Below, in pieces: positions 61,901 through 64,000 of a stretch of 64,000 bases of DNA. The stretch lies in assembly GCA_964016885.1 (NCBI GenBank), contig OZ024740.1, positions 29,946,001 through 30,010,000 on the forward strand, read 5' to 3'. Numbering within the stretch: position 1 is the first letter of the stretch; each line of letters opens with the position of its first letter. The notes below the pieces were generated by a model. That model saw only the letters and a list, made by a program, of their open reading frames with translations, did not search any database and was not told the origin of the DNA. Made by a program: the position numbers and the translations under genes. The DNA is from Eledone cirrhosa (lineage: Eukaryota).

Positions 61901-64000
61901 GTTGTTGTTACTGTTTTTGTTATTGGTGATGTTGTTGTTGCTACTGTTATGTTATTGGTGCTGCTGTTGTTGTTACTGTTGTTGTTATTGGTGATGTTGT
62001 TGTTGCTACTGTTGTTGTTATTGTTGATGTTGTTGTTACTGTTGTTGTTATTGGTGATGTTGTTGATGTTACTGTTGTTGTTATTGGTGCTGCTGTTGTT
62101 GTAACTGTTGTTGTTATTGTTGCTGTTGTAGTTGTTACTCTTGTTGTTATTGCTACTGTTGTTGTTATTGGTGCTGTTGATGTTGTTTCTGTTGCTGTTA
62201 TTGGTGCTGTTGTTGTTGTTACTGTTGCTCTTGTTGGTGATGTTGTTGTTGTTACTGCTGTTGTTATTGGTGATGTTGTTGTTGTTACTGTTGCTGTTAT
62301 TGGTGCTGTTATTGTTGTTCCTGTTGTTGTTATTGGTGCTGTTGTTGTTGTTACTGTTACTGTTATTGGTGATGTTGTTGTTGTTACTGTTGTTGTTATT
62401 GGTGATGTTGTTGTTGTTACTGATGTTGTTATTGATGCAGTTGTTGTTACTGTTGCAGTTATTGGTGCTGCTGTTGTTACTGCTGTTGTTATTGGTGATG
62501 TTGTTGTTGTTACTGTTGTTGTTATTGGTGATGTTGTTGTTACTGTTGCTGTTATTGGTGCTGCTGTTGTTGTTACTGTTGTTGTTATTGGTGATGTTGT
62601 TGTTACTGTTTTTGTTATTGGTGATGTTGTTGTTACTGTTGTTGTTATTGGTGATGTTGTTGTTGTTACTGTTGTTTTTATTGGTGATATTGTTGTTGTT
62701 ACTGTTGTTGTTATTGTTGCTGCTCTTGTTGTTACTGTTGCTGTTATTGGTGCTGCTGTTGTTGTTACTGTTGTTGTTATTGGTGATGTTGTTGTTACTG
62801 TTGTTGTTATTGGTGATGTTGTTGTTACTGTTGTTGTTATTGGTGATGTTGTTGTTGTTACTGTTGTTGTTATTGGTGATGTTGTTGTTGTTACTGTTGT
62901 TGTTATTGGTGATGTTGTTGTTACTGTTGTTGTTATTGGTGATGTTGTTGTTGTTACTGTTGTTGTTATTGGTGATGTTGTTACTATTGTTGTTATTGGT
63001 GATGTTGTTGTTGTTACTGTTGTTGTTATTGGTGCTGTTGTTGTTGTTACTGTTGTTGTTATTGGTGATGTTGTTGTTGTTACTGTTGCTGTTATTGGTG
63101 CTGTTGTTGTTGTTACTGTTGTTTTTATTGGTGATGTTGTTGTTGTTACTGTTGATGTTATTGGTGCTGCTGTTGTTGTTACTGTTGCTGTTATTGGTGC
63201 TGCTGTTGTTGTTACTGTTTAGGTTATTGGTGCTGTTGTTGTTACTGTTGCACCAATAACAGCAACAGTAACAACAACAACATCACCAATAACAACAATA
63301 GTAACAACAACATCACCAATAACAACAACAGTAACAACAACAACATCACCAATAACAACAACAGTAACAACAACATCACCAATAAAAGCAACAGTAACAA
63401 CAACAACATCACCTATAACAGCAACAGTAACAACAACAGCAGCACCAATAACAACAACAGTAACAACAACAGCAGCACCAATAACAACAACAGTAATAAC
63501 AACGGCAGCACCAATAACAACAACAGTAACAACAACAACATCACCAATAACAGCAACAGTAACAACAACAACATCACCTATAACAGCAACAGTAACAACA
63601 ACAACATCACCTATAACAGCAACAGTAACAACAACAACATCACCAATAACAGCAACAGTAACAACAACAACATCACCTATAACAGCAACAGTAACAGCAA
63701 CAACATCACCAATAACAGCAACAGTAACAACAACAACATCACCAATAACAGCAACAGTAACAACAACTACATCACCAATAACAGCAACAGTAACAGCAAC
63801 AACACCAATAACAGCAACAGTAACAACAACAACATCACCAATAACAGCAACAGTAACAACAACAACATCACCTATAACAGCAACAGTAACAGCAACAACA
63901 TCACCTATAACAGCAACAGTAACAACAACAACATCACCTATAACAGCAACAGTAACAACAACAACATCACCAATAACAGCAACAGTAACAACAACAACAT
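49905..64000. repeat. (ACA)n-derived 27-33-bp satellite (CCAATAACAGCAACAGTAACAACAACAGCA) with inverted block 51761-63250
   Basis: The A/C-rich strand is on + at 49905-51760 and 63251-64000, and on - at 51761-63250. Confidence 0.93.

Noticed and set aside
53343-63259. Giant Val-rich and Leu-rich plus-strand ORFs (2883, 1759 and 375 aa)
   Set aside because: These are artefacts of the (GTT)n-derived satellite, which rarely produces stop codons.

Overview
This is a repeat-dense eukaryotic window with no identifiable host gene. A tRNA-derived SINE and the microsatellite spectrum suggest a cephalopod such as Octopus (inference). Positions 110-28850 hold a head-to-tail, minus-strand array of six Tx1-clade (L1 group) non-LTR retrotransposons from about four subfamilies, joined through (TATC)n tails. 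The main observation is that all five copies retaining the ORF1/ORF2 junction carry an AG|GTRRGT splice-donor motif at the end of ORF1. All six copies end ORF2 in a pyrimidine-rich ...CTRTAG|GT acceptor-like site followed by a purine-rich tract, so ORF2 may be an intron. Positions 29-36 kb hold a hammerhead-bearing retrozyme-like unit, RTE-clade elements and an R4/Dong-like element inserted in (CATA)n. Positions 38-47 kb hold further hammerhead motifs, two Penelope-type inverted-repeat structures (one with a GIY-YIG remnant), a 1.4-kb near-perfect palindrome, a SINE and a MITE. Positions 47-64 kb are (ACA)n-derived satellite with an 11.5-kb strand inversion. All alignments and RNA folds were done by eye; no searches were run.
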